Positions 50,221 to 64,000 of a DNA stretch of 64,000 nt are shown piece after piece. Every line of letters starts with the position of its first letter. The first letter of the stretch is position 1. The translations under genes were made by a program, and so were the position numbers. Source of the DNA: Mobula hypostoma (taxonomy: Eukaryota); the NCBI RefSeq assembly GCF_963921235.1, contig NC_086097.1:65536001-65600000 (forward strand), in the 5' to 3' direction. The notes under the pieces were generated by a model. It was not told where the DNA came from, ran no database searches, and saw nothing but the letters and a program-made list of their open reading frames with translations.

Positions 50221-53199
50221 ATTATGAATTGATATGAAACAAGCAGAAAGACTTGAGGTCAAAGGGAACAGATCTGATCGGGAAGCTGTTAGTAAGGGGC
50301 AAAGGATACATTGTGAAAGATAAGGCAAACCGTACCTAATTTGGTATAAAAACCATTTAACAATTAAATAAATAAAATTGATTAGGATAATGCAGTTGAT
50401 GTCGTGTACCTAAGCTTTATGCCTTTCAAAAGGGAACGTAATGGGATTATCAGCAACATTGAATCACGTGGCATAAAGCAGCAATATGAAGGGTTGCCTA
50501 AGAACAGATAACAAACAGTCGTGATAGTTGATTTTTTTTTGGTCTGTGACAGCGACATTTATAAGAATCACCTGTATAAATACATATGTAAGCCACAATT
50601 TGTAACTTTGTGGATGACATTAAACTTAGCTATACTTGAACTGCAAAGAACATAGCTGCAAAGAAATTGGCGACACTATAATATTTATTTGGCAAACACG
50701 TGAAATAATAATGTTCAATGTTCCATACGAGGTTATGCACTTTGGTAAGAAGAACAGGAAACAAATGAGGCAATGTAGATGAAAGGATACAGTTCCAAAG
50801 TGGTGTAGGAGCAGAGGGAAAGGGATAGTGTGTACAGAATAGGCTGAAAATCTGATTTAAAAGACATACATAATTGAGTTATAGAAACAAAAGCTGGGGA
50901 AATTATGCTGAACCTGTACCAAACAATGACCCTGTCTCAAATTTAAGAGACTTGTTTCCTGAATTGAGGGATAACAGTTCCACAGATTAGAGGTATTTTT
51001 CTTTAGCGAAGAGGGGAACGAAGGAAGTTTTTGAGAGAAGTATGTGTATGTAGAAACATGATTGTCTGAGTGGAGTGGATGGTCAGTTGCTTTTGCCCAA
51101 GATGGACAGATCCAGTCCAAAAGATGCAAGAAAATAAAAGGAAAAAGCATTAAGACTGACATGCGCCCTTTTTATGCAGCATTTGAAATGTATTGGCTGC
51201 AGATGCAATAGAGTCCCTCAAAAAGATATTGGATAATTGTAGGGGGAATAAAAATGTCTACTACAAAAAAAAAGAACAATGCTCTGGGAGAGAATTTGGC
51301 ATGAACATTGTTGGATGAATGGCCTCTGCTGTTCAGGGAAAGAAAAGTCATGAGGACAGGAAAATATTGCATTATGGGGAAATAATTAAAATGATGGGAG
51401 TAAGTAAAGATCAAATCAGATTTATTATCACTGACTTAAATGATGTTAAATTTGTTGATTTGTGGCAGCAACAGAGTGCAAAAACATAAAATTACTTAAA
51501 ATTACAAAAAAAGTGCAAAAATTGGAATAAACTACTCAGAGGAATAGATGGTTAGTCCAAGCTTAAAGATAACCTGTTGTTTTCAAGTGTTTTCATATTT
51601 CAAATATTCCCAATTATCATTTAAAATGAAATATTAAAAGCACAGTCATCATGAAATACCATTGGTTTTAAGCTTTCATAGAGATTAACATCTAGAAAAT
51701 TTATTTCTTTCAGTATGAAAAGCTTACACAATCTAGAAATGTTGGCACTGGCTACAGAACTGGTTGAGGTCCATTCAATTTCCATGTTTTAAGAAATCAA
51801 ACGATTAGATTGGACAGCAATCAATGCAATCACAGCTGATTCTGTAACTCTAATATTTTCCTGCCTTTTCAATTCAACTTTTCATTTCTATAAGAATCCA
51901 AAGCTCTGTTATCTGTGACCTTGAATTCATTCAACAAGTGAAAATCCACGGTCGTTTCAGCTAGACGTTTCTTAAGCTCTCCTACCAAAAAAAAGAACAA
52001 TGCCGTGGGAGAGAATTTGGCATGAGAATCTATTCCTCAGCTATATACTTCTCAACCAGAAAAAAGTTGCATATATACTGTCAATTCCTTTCCTCACCCC
52101 TCCACCTCCTCCAACCCCTCCCTCAGAAACATGTAATGCCTCCATGATATTTTAACCTTGACAGCATGGTATATCCTCAACGTACAAATGCATGTCATAG
52201 GAACCAATCAAATAAACATGTTGCTCCATTTCTAAGGCAAGAAAATCCAATCAAAATTAACATAACACAATCAAAACAAACCAGGAAATAATAGTATTTA
52301 AAACTGAGAAACCCATAGAATGGAATCCATCCTGGATTTAAAAGGAGGAAGGTGAGGATATTGCTGATAACCTAATTAGCCAAATTTCTTTAAAAATAAT
52401 GAAAGATTGAACTTTGGCAATTATAATCCACTTACACTAATGTCAGTTGTGGATAAATTATTGGATTCTATACCTAATGAGGGAGACATTGAGATCTCCA
52501 AAAGTTTTCAGCGGATCTGCGAAACCAGCATGAATGTTTAAAAGGAAGGTCATGCCTGACAAATTTACCTGAAGTTTTAAAATAACTGAAGTGATGATAG
52601 AGTAATGTGTGTAGATGTTGATTACATAGGCTCCAGGAGGGATAAGATAAAATCTCTGATAAGAAATACTTAACTAAAGTCAAAGATCTTACCAATGAAG
52701 GCAAATCATTGACCTACTGTAGATAGGAAATTGATTGAGTATGAACAGATAGAGATTAAAGATAAATGAACAGGTTCTGAAATTTATCAGAGTATGATGA
52801 ATGAGTTCTGTAGTATTTGCATTGGGCTGGAATTATTCACCATATTTATTCACATATTGTCAGTACAGATATAGATAAAACTTTTTAAATACTGTACGTT
52901 TAGAAGGAATTAAGGTCCAAGAAGATGTTAGGGTTGATTTGCAAAAAAAAAAGTTACAGAATGGCAGCCAAAATGAAGTGCCAAAGAAGATAATCCAGGT
53001 GTTCTCACTCTGGAAACAATGGATAAACTATGCCAGACTTTACTGTCTACTGAAGTCGAGGTCTGCAGTATACAAATCAGGTGATCCTGAACTTTACAAA
53101 AAAATATGATCTATATAAAGCAATCAGAGTTGCCCTGAGATAAAACCAATCCAAAATTAAAACCCAGACCAGCCAACTGTGTGTCAAACAAAGTTAGGA

Positions 53200-56100
53200 A
53201 TCAAAAGGTTGAGCATGATGCGACTAGTGACCTGAGCTGGATGTATTTCAATCAAGAAGTATTATAGGAAAGGTGGATGACAGTGCTGAAGATGAGGTAG
53301 CTGGTTTACAAACAGAGGCAATGTGTAGTCAGGAGAGGCTGTTGATAGGGCAAAATTGCAGTCAACAGAATGCGTTGCAATGTAAAAGGTGGACAAAATC
53401 CAAAAGGGTGAATATAGGACTGAAGGTGTGATATTTGAATGTGCACATTAAATGGAGGAAGGTAGATGAATTTGCAGCACAGTTTTCAGATTGGCAGGTG
53501 TGATGTTGTCAGTTTCAATGAATCATGGTTGAAACATTCTAGCTGGGAGCTTGATGTCCACGGATACACATTGGATAGGAAAGGCAGGAAGGCAGAGTGG
53601 GCAGCGTTGCTGTGCTTGTACAGTATGAAATCAAATCATTAGAAAGAGGTGACATTGAGTCAGAAGGTGTTGAATCATTGTGGATAGAGCTAAGGAACTG
53701 CAAGCGTAAAAAGACCCTGAGGGGAGATGTATACAGACTCCCAAACAGTAGTAAGGATGTGGCCTACAAATTGCAAGGGGAAATAGAAAATGCGTACCAA
53801 AGGGCAATGTTACAATAGTCATAGGGGAATTCAATATGCAGGTAGATTGGGAAAATAAGGTTGGTGCTAAATTCCAAGAAGTGGAATTTCTAGAGTGCCT
53901 ATGAGATAGTTTTTTAGAACAACTCGTGGTTGAGCCCACTGGTGGGATTGGCTATTCGGGATTAGTTGTTGTTCAATGAACTGGAATTGATTAGGTAGTT
54001 TAAGGTAAAAGAACCCTTAGGGGAAAGGATCATAATATGATCAAATTCACCCTGAAATTTGAGATGGAGAAGCGAAATACAGATGTACCAGTATTAGTGT
54101 GGAGTAAAGGGAATTACAGAGGCATGAGAGAGGAATTGGCCAGAGCTGATTGGAATTGAACACTTGCAGAGATGATAGCAGAGCAGCAATGGCTGGAATT
54201 TCTGGAAGCAATTCAGAAGGCACAGGATATATACCTTCCAAAGAGGAAAAAGCATTCTAAAGGAAAGGTGGCACAACCATAGCTAACAAGAGAAGTCAAA
54301 GCCAGCATAAAAGCCAAGAGAGGGCATATAGTACAGCAAAAATAGTGAGAAGTTAGGAGGATTGGGAAGCTTTTAAAAACCAACAGAAGGCAACTAAAAA
54401 ATCCTTAGGAAGGTAAAGATAGAATACAAAAGTAAGCTAGCTAATAATATTAAACAGCATACCAAAAGTTTCTTCAGCTACAAAAAGTGTAAAAGGGAGG
54501 CATGAGTGGATATTGGTCTGCTGGAAACAATGCTAGAGAGGTAGTAATGCAGAGCAAGGAAACAGCAGATGAACTGAAAAAGTATTTTGCATCATTCTTC
54601 ACTGTGGAACACACTAGCAGTATGGTGGAAGTTCCAGGTGTCAGGAGTCATGAAGTATGTGAAGTTACCATAATTAAATAGAACGTTCTTGGGAAACTGA
54701 AAGGTCTGAAGGTAGATAAATCACCTGGACCAGTTGGTGTACACCCTAAGGTTCTGAAAGAGGTGGCTGAAGAGATTGTGGAGGCATTAGTAATGATCTT
54801 TCAAGAATCACTAGATTCTGGAATGGTTCCAGAAGACTGGAAAAGTCCATATGTCACTCCACTCTTCAAGAAGGGAGAGACACAGTAGAAAGGAAACTAT
54901 AGGTCAGTTAGTTTTATCTCAGTGATTGGTAAGATATTGGAGTCAATTACTATGGATGACATATCAGGGTACTTGGAGGCACATGATAAAGTCGTCCTCA
55001 AGGGAAAATCTTACCTGACAAATAACAAGCAGGTTAGACAAGGGAGAATTGGATGACGTTGTGTACTTGGATTTTCAGAAGACCTATGACAAGGTGCCAC
55101 ACATGAGGCTGCTTAACAAGTTATGAGCCCATGGTATTACAGGAAAGATTCTAGCATGGATAAAGCAGTGTCTGATTGGTAGGATGCAAAGAATGGGAAT
55201 AATGGGAGACTTTTCTGGTTGACTACTGGTGACTTGTGGTGTTCCACGAGATTCTATGTTTGGACCAATTCTTTTTACGTTATATATCAATGATTTGGAT
55301 GATGGAATTGATGGCTTTGTTGCAAAGATTGCAGACGATATGAAGATGGGTGGATGGGCAGGTAGTTTTAAGGAAGTAGAGAGGCCTAATAGAAGGACTT
55401 AGACAGATTAGGAAAATGGGCAAAGAAATGGCAAATGGAATATAGTGTCGAGAAGTGTATGGTCATGCATGGTCAAGTGTATGGTAGAAGTAATGAAAAG
55501 GTTGACTATTTTCTAAATGGAGAGAAAAAACAAAAAACTGAAGCGCAAAGGGACTTGGGAATCCTTGTGCAAGATTCCCTGAAAGTTAATTTGCAAGTTG
55601 AGTCTGTGGTGTAGAAGGCAAATGCAAAGTTAGCATTCTAATCAAGAGGAGGAGAATATAAAATCAAGGACGTAATGTTGAGAATTTAATAAAGCAATGG
55701 TGAGGCCTCACTGCAGTTTTGGGCCCCTTACCTTAGAAAGGAGGTGCTGAAACTGGAGAGGGTTCAAAGGAGTTCACATAAATGATTCTAGGATTGATTG
55801 GCTTGTCATAGAAAGTGTGTTTGATTGCTCTGGGCCTATATTCTCTAGAATTCAGAAGAATGAGGGGTGACCTCACTGAAACCTATTGACTGGTGAAATG
55901 CCATGATAGAGTGGATGTGGAGAGGATGTTTACTCTGGTGGGGGAATCTAAGACCAGAGGACACAGCCTCAAAATAGTGGGGCATCCTTTTAGATGGAGA
56001 TGAGGAGGAATTTCTTTAGCCAGAGAGTGGTGAAATTCTGGAATTCTTTGCCACAAGCAACTGTGGATGCCAAGTCTTTATGTGTTTATAAGCAGAGGTT

Positions 56101-56255
56101 CATAGATTCTTGATTGTCAGGGCATGAAGGAGTTTGGGGAGAAGGCAGTAGATTGGGGCTGAGAGGAAAACTGCATCAGCCATTATGAAATGGTGGAGCA
56201 GACTAGATGGGCCAAATGGCCTAATTCTGCTCCTATATTTTATGGTCTTATGGTC
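53200..56255 (+). mobile_element. CR1 LINE, nearly complete ORF2 (APE + RT), many stops
   Basis: VESLWIELRN, DKSPGP, DFQKTYDKVPH and IADDMK remnants; (TTATGGTC)n tail. Confidence 0.9.
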
Positions 56256-56257
56256 AG

Positions 56258-57922
56258 GGCTTACATGCAAAAACAGGCTACAAAACAAAATCAAGCAGCA
56301 TCACTGACACAGCACATTCATTCCTAATGAGCTTAATGCATTCTATGCACATTTTGAGCAAAACAGGATTGATATGTCACAACCAGCTCTAACAGCCTCC
56401 AATGCACCCAAGGTAGTGAAACACAGAAAGCATCTGGTCTGGATGGAGTCCCTGGCCATATCTTTAGATCCTGTGCAAATCAGCTGACATTTTTAACCTC
56501 TCCCTCTTTGAATATGAGGTTCCTAAGTGTTTTAAGAAAACTATTATCGTCCCAGTACATAAGAAGGACAAGGTAGGGTGCTTTAAGAGGCTGGTCATGG
56601 CGTGCATTCACTCCAGTCTCCCAGACAACCCTGACCCACTGCAATTCACCTACTCCCAGAACAGGTCCATAGCAGACACTATCCCCTTGCCCCTACACTT
56701 GTCTCTGAAGCATCTGTCTAAGGGTGAAAGGACTTTTGTTAGATTATTGTTTATTGTCAACAATACCACAATTCCTTACAAAATCTTCACAAACTCGGAT
56801 ACCTGGGAGTCAACACATCTCTCTGTTAATGGATCCTAGAATTACTGATCAACAGACTACAATCAGTAAGAATAGACAGCAGCACCTCCACTAAGATTAT
56901 TCTCAACATTTGCCCCACAAGGCTGCATCCTCAGCCCCCCCCCCAACTTTCTTGTGACCAGATTCTGCTTTAATTCCATCTACAAGTTTGCATATATTGG
57001 GTATATTTCAAATAACAATGGGTTTGTGTACAGATAGCAGATGGAGAGTTTAGTCATGACAACAACTCAGAACAACAAAAGAGCTGGTCATTGACTTCAG
57101 GGAAGGAGGAGATGCATATGCATCAATGGTGCTGAGGTAGAGAGGGTTGAGAGCTTCAGATTCCTCAGAGTGAGCATCACCAGTGGCCTGTTCTAGTTCA
57201 ACCACATAGACATCACAGACAAAAAAGCTACGTACTTCACCAGGAGGCTAAATAAACTTGGCATACCCCATCAACCCTCATCAGTTTTTACATAACAGAA
57301 ACTAGCCCCCCCTCTACCAATCCTGTCTGTGTCTATACCTTTTATTGCCTCTATAAGACATCCATCATAATCAAATACTCCACCCACCCTGGACACTTTC
57401 TCTTCTTTCCTTTCCTAATAGGTTGAAGATACAAGAGCCTAAAAGCATGTACCACCAGGTTCAAAGACCGCTTCTACCCTGATGTTATAAGAATTAGAAT
57501 CAGAATCAGATTTATCATCACTGACCCATGTCATCAAATTTGTTAATTTGCGACAGCAGTACAATGCAATACATAAGATACACTATAAATTATATCTTAT
57601 GTACTATACAAGTAATCTATACAGTATGTAAAATAGTTAGCAAAAATAGTGAGGTAATGTTCATGTGTTCATTTTCGTTCTGAAATTTGATGGTGGAGGG
57701 GAAGATGAATAGTTCTCTGCTATGATAGGATGGACTCTTAATCTCACAATGCACCTTGTACTTTATTGTCTACCTGTACTGCACTTTCTCTGTAGCTGTT
57801 ACACTAAATTCTACATTATTATTGTTCTACCTTGTATTACCTCAGTGTACTGTATGAACAGTATGCAAGACAAGCTTTTCACTGTATCTCAGTACATGTG
57901 AGAGTAATAAACCAATTCCAAT
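56258..57922 (+). mobile_element. Old Rex1-like LINE (continues a fragment at ~52990-53150)
   Basis: 'DPLQFTYSQNRSIADTI', 'KELVIDFR' and TTRFKDRFYP remnants. An inverted Rex tail is nested at ~57490-57705. Confidence 0.75.
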
Positions 57923-57954
57923 GATAAATTATTATTTATTATTATTATTTATTA

Positions 57955-59228
57955 TTGAGCCTACCACTCAAACTGGTCCACTGATGATCCCATACTCTCT
58001 GCCCTCCATGCTGTCCTGTACCACCTAAAAAATGATGCCTCGTGCACAAGAATGTTATTCATTTACCTCAGCTTGGTGTTTTAACATGGTTATCCCTCAG
58101 AGCGGGTGGGTAAACTGTCCTTGTTGGGAATCAACACTCCTCTCTGTAACTGGATCTTGTACTTCTCGCTGAAAAGATCCCAGTCTATCTGCATTGACAG
58201 CAACATCTCAAGCTCCATCATGCTGAGCACTGGTGTTCCCCAGGGCTATGTGCTCAGCCTGCTGCTGTTCACACTGCTGACTCAGGATTACATTACCAGC
58301 TCCAGCCAAACCACAACATCAAGTTCACTGATGATAGAACAGTGGTTGGCCTCATCAGCAACAATAAGTCGGCCTACAGAGAGAAGGTAGGGCGGCTTTT
58401 CAAATGGTCTGAGAACAACAACCTGAGTCTCAATGTGGACAAGACAAAAGAAATGATCGTGGACTTCAAGAAGACGCAGGCCAACCACTCTCCAGTGTAC
58501 ATCAATGGCTCTGCCGTGTAGAGAGTGAAGAGCACATGATGGATGAACTAACTTGGACCCACAACACCTGCTCATTAGTTAAGATGGCAGAACAGTGTCT
58601 ACACTTTCTGAGGAACTTGAGGCTTTTAACACTCCCCGTGCCCATTCTAACAATGTTCTACAGGAGCACCATCGAAAGGGTCCATTCTGGCTACATCATT
58701 GTGTGGTACAGAAACTACAAGGTATTTGACTGCAAGACCCTAAAGAGGAGAGTAAAATCTACAAAGGGAATCATCAGGGTCTTCTCTTCTCCACCCCTCT
58801 GCACCCCCCATTTGTGATATTTACCAAGAGTGTTGTATCCGAAGGACCCAAAGTATTGTTGAGGATCAATACCACCCATCTCACAATCCCTTTGATCTAC
58901 TACTTTGAGGGAAGAAGTACAGGAGCATCAAAACTAGCACTGCTTGACTGAGTAACAATTTCTTTCCTCAGGCTGAGAGAGTAATCAATACCCTGCCACC
59001 ACTAAGGTCTTGTCACTAGGATAGCAAACTGTTTACTGTTCACTTATGCTGCACAGTACATGCATTTTAAATTATATTTTATTAACTTATTTGTGCTAAT
59101 ATTTATTTTTATGTGTTATATGTGCTATATATATGTTTTGTGGGTGCACTGGCCTGGAGGAACGTTGTTTTGGTTGATGTATATACAGTATGTACAGTCG
59201 GATGACAATAAACTTGAACTTCAACTTA
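57955..59228 (+). mobile_element. Rex1-like LINE, 5'-truncated
   Basis: ORF 58106-58390 'TGVPQGYVLSLLLF', KTKEMIVDF, and an AATAAA-CTTGAACTT tail. Confidence 0.85.
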
Positions 59229-59339
59229 ATGTTCTGGCCTTTATATCTAGACTGGATTACAGGATGAGTCATTACACCACAGCAATACTTAGACCTTATT
59301 ACATTGCACTTGAGCATGTGAGCTTTTCTTGACATCACA

Positions 59340-60520
59340 ACTCAGGATTCACTAGCTTAAGGAAATGTCCAGACATTCTATGCTGACCAAAATGAAAATT
59401 TCCAGACATTCCAACTCTTCATTCTAAGGATAATCTTTCATCAGCAAGTTCTCTGATACTCTATGCTTTAAGTAACCTGAGTGATTCACATGTCACAGCT
59501 GTTCTTGAACCCGAATATTCACGGCCAGTGTTACCTTACCGAACTTAACTTTATCGAACCTTTACCTCTGATTTTAAATCTCTATACTTTCTTTGCCTTT
59601 GCCAGAACACATCTATTCTGATCTTATTATTTTATTCACACATTTATAACTTATCTTTTCATGATCATTCATGTGTACATTGATAAGCTTGTAGACCCTC
59701 CTTTTATTTTCTTTCTTTCTATTCTTCTGGATTCCCATATTTCCATCCTTCAGTACTCCCCATTTTTCTTGTTCCTGATATTTCCCCAACCTTGACCGTC
59801 CCTTGAAGAAGCCTGGAGTTCTCCCATTGTGCTTCTACTGGCACAGCCTCCAAACAAACTAACACCTAACTGGCCCCATCCTACTCTCCAGCTGACTCTA
59901 CAGTTGATCTACATGTTCTAGACCGATACGGTGATTCATCTTCTTCCCTTGGTTATTCCTCTAAGTGCTCACCTGAATGATCAACTAGATCAGATTTCAT
60001 AGTAGTCCAGATACACTTTCAGGACATCCATCCAGAGCAGGTTGGTAAAGACTTTGTACCTCTGCACTATCCACAATCGTGGCTGTGAGTTTCCAGATGC
60101 TTGCACATTTATTTTCTGTCTCATTTCTACACTAACATGTCTGCCCTTGGACACTTACACTGTTACCTAAAGAGTTAATTCTGTTCCCCCCCTCCAGATT
60201 TAGCCTGATTTGTCTGTTTGTTGCTTGTTCCTTGCTCATTTTTTATTCATCCTGCTATAATGTAATTTATGTAATAAATTACAGTTCAGTGTTTATTGTT
60301 GGAGACTCTGGAGCCAAGTTTCAGGAACAGCATCTGATCTTCTGTAATTCCCCTTTACAGCCAACAAGACTCATTAATGACAGATGACTAGTCTTTCCTG
60401 TGTGTGATAGAACAGGCCAGTTCTGATGAAAGTTCATCAATTCATGATGTTAACTTAGTTTTTCCTCTCTTCTCAAATACCAGCTGATATGTTGAATATT
60501 TCCAATTTTTTAAATTTCAA
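59340..60520 (+). mobile_element. Highly decayed PLE remnants
   Basis: Faint similarity to the GIY-YIG coding region (~60070-60165) and a pLTR 'ttctgatgaaag' at 60421. Confidence 0.4.
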
Positions 60521-60757
60521 ATTTCCAGGAATTTTCTAGCTGAATCCCACAGAACAAGTAATGTTTATTCTCCTCTTTCATCACTTATTTCCTGCCAGAC
60601 AGACTATTTAAAATTAACAAGCCTGCATCCCTTCCTGCAGTCTGTTGCACCACCAACTGTACATTCCATCACAGGTATTATTCCTTTGTTATCCCAATAC
60701 CTCCCCATTTCCTTGCAACTTAAAACATATTTTGTTCTCCAATTTTACCTTTTTCTA

Positions 60758-62104
60758 TTGTCTAAATGACTATCGCCCAGTGGCACTTACATCCACAGTG
60801 ATGAAGTGTTTTGAGAGGCTGGTGTTGAAGCGTATCAGTTCCTGTCTGAGTGGCGACCTGGATCCACTCCAATTCGCCCACTGAGGCAATAGGTCTATAG
60901 CAGATGCAATCTCATTGGCTCTTCACATAACCCTGGAACATCTGTACATCAAAGATGCATACATTAGGATGCTCTTTACCGATGGCAACTCAGCATTTAA
61001 CACCATCATCTCCTCAAAACTAGTCAGTAAACTTCAAGACCTGGGCCTCAATACTGCCTTGTGTAATTCGATCCTGGATTTCCTCACTTGTAAACCCCAG
61101 TCAGTTTGGATTGGCAAAAGCTTCTCCTCCACAATCTCCATCAGTACAGAAGCACTGCAGGAATGTTTACTTAGTTCCCTGCTCTACTTGCTTTACATTT
61201 ATGACCGTGTGGCTAAGTACAGTTCCTACTTAGTTTCAAGTTTGCTGATGACACCACTGTTATGAGCTGTATCAAAGGTGGTGATGAATCAGCATACAGG
61301 AGGGAGATTTAAAATTTGGCTGAGTGGTGTAATAACAATGTTGATAAGACTAAGGAACTCATTGTAGACTTCAGGAGAAGGTAATCAGAAGTTTGTGAGC
61401 AGAGGATCAGAGGTGGAGAGGGTCAGTAACTTTAAATTCCTGGGTGTCAATATCTCAGAGGACCTGTCCTGGACCCATTATAGAAATATAATTGCGAAGA
61501 AAGCACAATAGCACCTCTACTTCCTCAGGAGTCTGCAGAGGTCTGTCATGTCAGCAAAAACCTTGGCGAACTTCTATAGATGTGTAGTGGAAAGTGTGCT
61601 GACTGGTATGGCGTGGTATGGGAACACCAGTACCTTTAGCAGAAAATCCAACAAAAGATAGTGGTTTCGGCCCAGTACATCATGGACAAGGCCCTCCCAA
61701 TCACTGAGCACATCTACATGAAACATTGCCGTAGAAAAGCAGCATCCATCGTCAAGGATCCTCAACACCCAAGCCATGCTCTTTTCTCGCTGTTGCCATC
61801 AGGTAGAAGGTACAAGTATCTCAGGACTCGCACCACCAGGTTCAAGAACAGTTACTACCTCTCAGCCATCAGGCTCTTGAACAAAAGGGGATAATTACAC
61901 TCATTGATGGACTCTTTTATCTTGTTATTTCATACATCATTTATTGCTATTTATTTATATCTTCATTTGCACAGTTTGTTGTCCATTGATCCTCTTTACC
62001 GTTACTGTTCTATAGAATTGCTAAGTATGCCTGCAGAAAAAGAATCTCAGGGTTGTATGTGGTGACATGTATGTACTCTGATAATAAATTTAATTTTGAA
62101 CTTT
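60758..62104 (+). mobile_element. Rex1-like LINE, 5'-truncated
   Basis: [29 protein letters not shown] and HPSHALFSLLPSGRRY...TTRFKNSY; AATAAA tail. Confidence 0.9.
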
Positions 62105-62649
62105 AAAAAGTCATGGACCTGAAACATTAATCATGTTCCTTCCTTCATAAGTGTTATCTAATCTATTATCTCCAGGATCTCCTGTTTGTATTTCAGATAT
62201 CCAGCATATGTAGATTTTTGCTTTTCAAACAATAGATGCTGAGGGAAGTGGATAGTGGTGTTCTTCATGGAGTTTGTATGAGATTTATTTTTTTCCAGTA
62301 TACGTTATTGACCTAATTGTACAGAGAGCAATTTCAAGATTTACAGTTTATACAAAAGTTTATACATGGTGAGCAGCAACAGAGAAGGAGGCTTAGGCAG
62401 GAAGAATGGACGGACAAGATAATAGAACACAGAACAGTACAGAACAGGAAGAGGTCATTCAGGAACAGGAAGAGGTTATGCTGAACTAATTAAAATAGTA
62501 ATTAAATGCCTACTAAACTAAACCCTTCCCACCCACCCCCCATTATTTAAATACATGCCCTCAATTATTAGACATTGCAACCCTGGTGAAAAGATATCAT
62601 ATCGGCTGTTTACTCTGTATATCCCCTTCAAAATCTTAAAACTCTTATA

Positions 62650-62751
62650 TGATTTTGACCCCTATTAGGCAGGGGTACACTTTAGTGTAGTCTGGGGTGA
62701 CGTACGTTTTTATGGAACACTCTGCCATGGCACGTGCGCACTGTCTGTCTG

Positions 62752-62786
<35 letters not shown>

Positions 62787-62935
62787 TAAGAGAATGAGAT
62801 GTATCGCACTCTCTCGCGCATGCTCACTCTCAAAAAATCAATTTCCGGGATATTGTATCTAATTTGTGGGTGTCAGGGAGCCACTATCAATATGCAGGAG
62901 ACTCCTGGAACTTCCGGGAGACGTGGGATGTCTGC
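62650..62935. mobile_element. Partial inverted copy of the 15667-16205 element
   Basis: Reverse-complement match including the CCCCT/AGGGG hairpin and the GTGGGATGTCTG terminus. Confidence 0.75.
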
Positions 62936-63784
62936 AGTTGGATGCTTTGATCAGTAGGGAAGAATGTCATTCTGGCAACTGATGATAGAAGAGAGAGAAG
63001 GAAGTCAAGAAACCAGCCAGAAGTCAGATGCTATAGTGGGTGGGAAGGAGATGGTGGTGAAGACAGAGACAGCATGAGGACTGACATTCTGACAGTGGAG
63101 CTGGGGTTGCAAAATGGGCAATACATTCAGAAGGGGGAATTTGCATACTGCCTATACAAATTGTGGGGGGGCGGGGGTGGAGAGAAGTGAGCATAGAATG
63201 GGGAGGGGCAGATTCAGGTGCAGTACCAGGGGTGTTGGTTGAAGGATGTAAGTAAATATACTAAATATTTTGCTGCCCTTACAGGTCAGCTGTGCGGCAC
63301 TGAGGCACACTGTTTCTAGAATAAGACCACATTGTCCCAAAGTGCCTATCATTGGTGCCCTCTGAATAAAATGGTTAATTCTCCTCCAGAATGCTCCAGA
63401 AAAAAAAAATTGCAGGGCATGATATCAATCTGCACAGTCCAAATGAAGAAATCCTGTTGTTATTTATTCCAGGAACTTCCTAGTTTTATTTTCTGAATGA
63501 TAGAAAAGGACTCAGAAGTGGTCATTTTATTTAGTTCATGGGAAAAAATATAATGTTGAATTGCATAATGCTAAAAAAAAATCTTTGGATCATGTGATGC
63601 AAGAAATATGCCAGCTAAGAGCAATGATGTATTTTATTCAGTAAAAATTGATTGGATTCTTAATCATGACATACAGCATCAACTAACATTTAATAAATAG
63701 ATAACTAATTATTTGCAATGAGTGCATCTGCCAACGTATATAAATTTTAGTAAAGTATCAGTCCTCACTGAGGGTAAGTATAGG

Positions 63785-64000
63785 AAAGAGAGAGCAGCTT
63801 CAAGTTCCTGGGCATCAACCTCTCAAAGTATGTATCGTAGGCCCAACACATTGATGCAATCATGAAGAAGGCATGACGGCAACTGTACTTCATTAGGAGT
63901 TTAAGGAGATTTGGAATGCCACCAATGAACTTCGCAAATTTCTACAGATGTACAGTGGAAAGCATTTTGACTGGTTGCATCACTGCCTGTATTTGAGATT
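63785..64000 (+). mobile_element. Rex1-like LINE fragment running off the window
   Basis: 'agcttcaagttcctgggcatc...tacttcattaggagtttaaggagatttgg...gaaagcattttgactggttgcatcactgcc'. Confidence 0.75.

Noticed and set aside
1..64000. CRISPR array, retron/DGR-like RT system or other prokaryotic system
   Set aside because: No repeat-spacer arrays or operons; all RTs are eukaryotic non-LTR or PLE types.

Overview
A eukaryotic, repeat-dominated window with no prokaryotic features. The repeat inventory points to a cartilaginous fish (shark or ray; inference): CR1 LINEs with esterase ORF1, Rex1/Babar-like LINEs, Penelope-like elements (PLEs), hAT-Charlie, Tigger, mariner/Tc1 MITEs, solo LTRs, and tRNA- and Deu-type SINEs. 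Almost every ORF in the track is a decayed transposon fragment or a shadow ORF. The most structured signal is a set of PLE insertions from two families. Each carries a minimal type-I hammerhead ribozyme motif, most have 11-15 bp target-site duplications (TSDs), and most are built as inverted 3'-end/3'-end units with a ~34 nt tail on one side only. The largest is a 3.3 kb insertion with ~1.2 kb inverted arms nested in a Tigger element. A CpG-enriched unique region at ~49.4-50.2 kb looks like a promoter. A phase-compatible chain of weak minus-strand candidate exons runs leftward from it, but I do not recognise the gene. I found no clearly unprecedented system. Most coordinates of decayed repeats are approximate, and family names come from recognised motifs, not from database searches.
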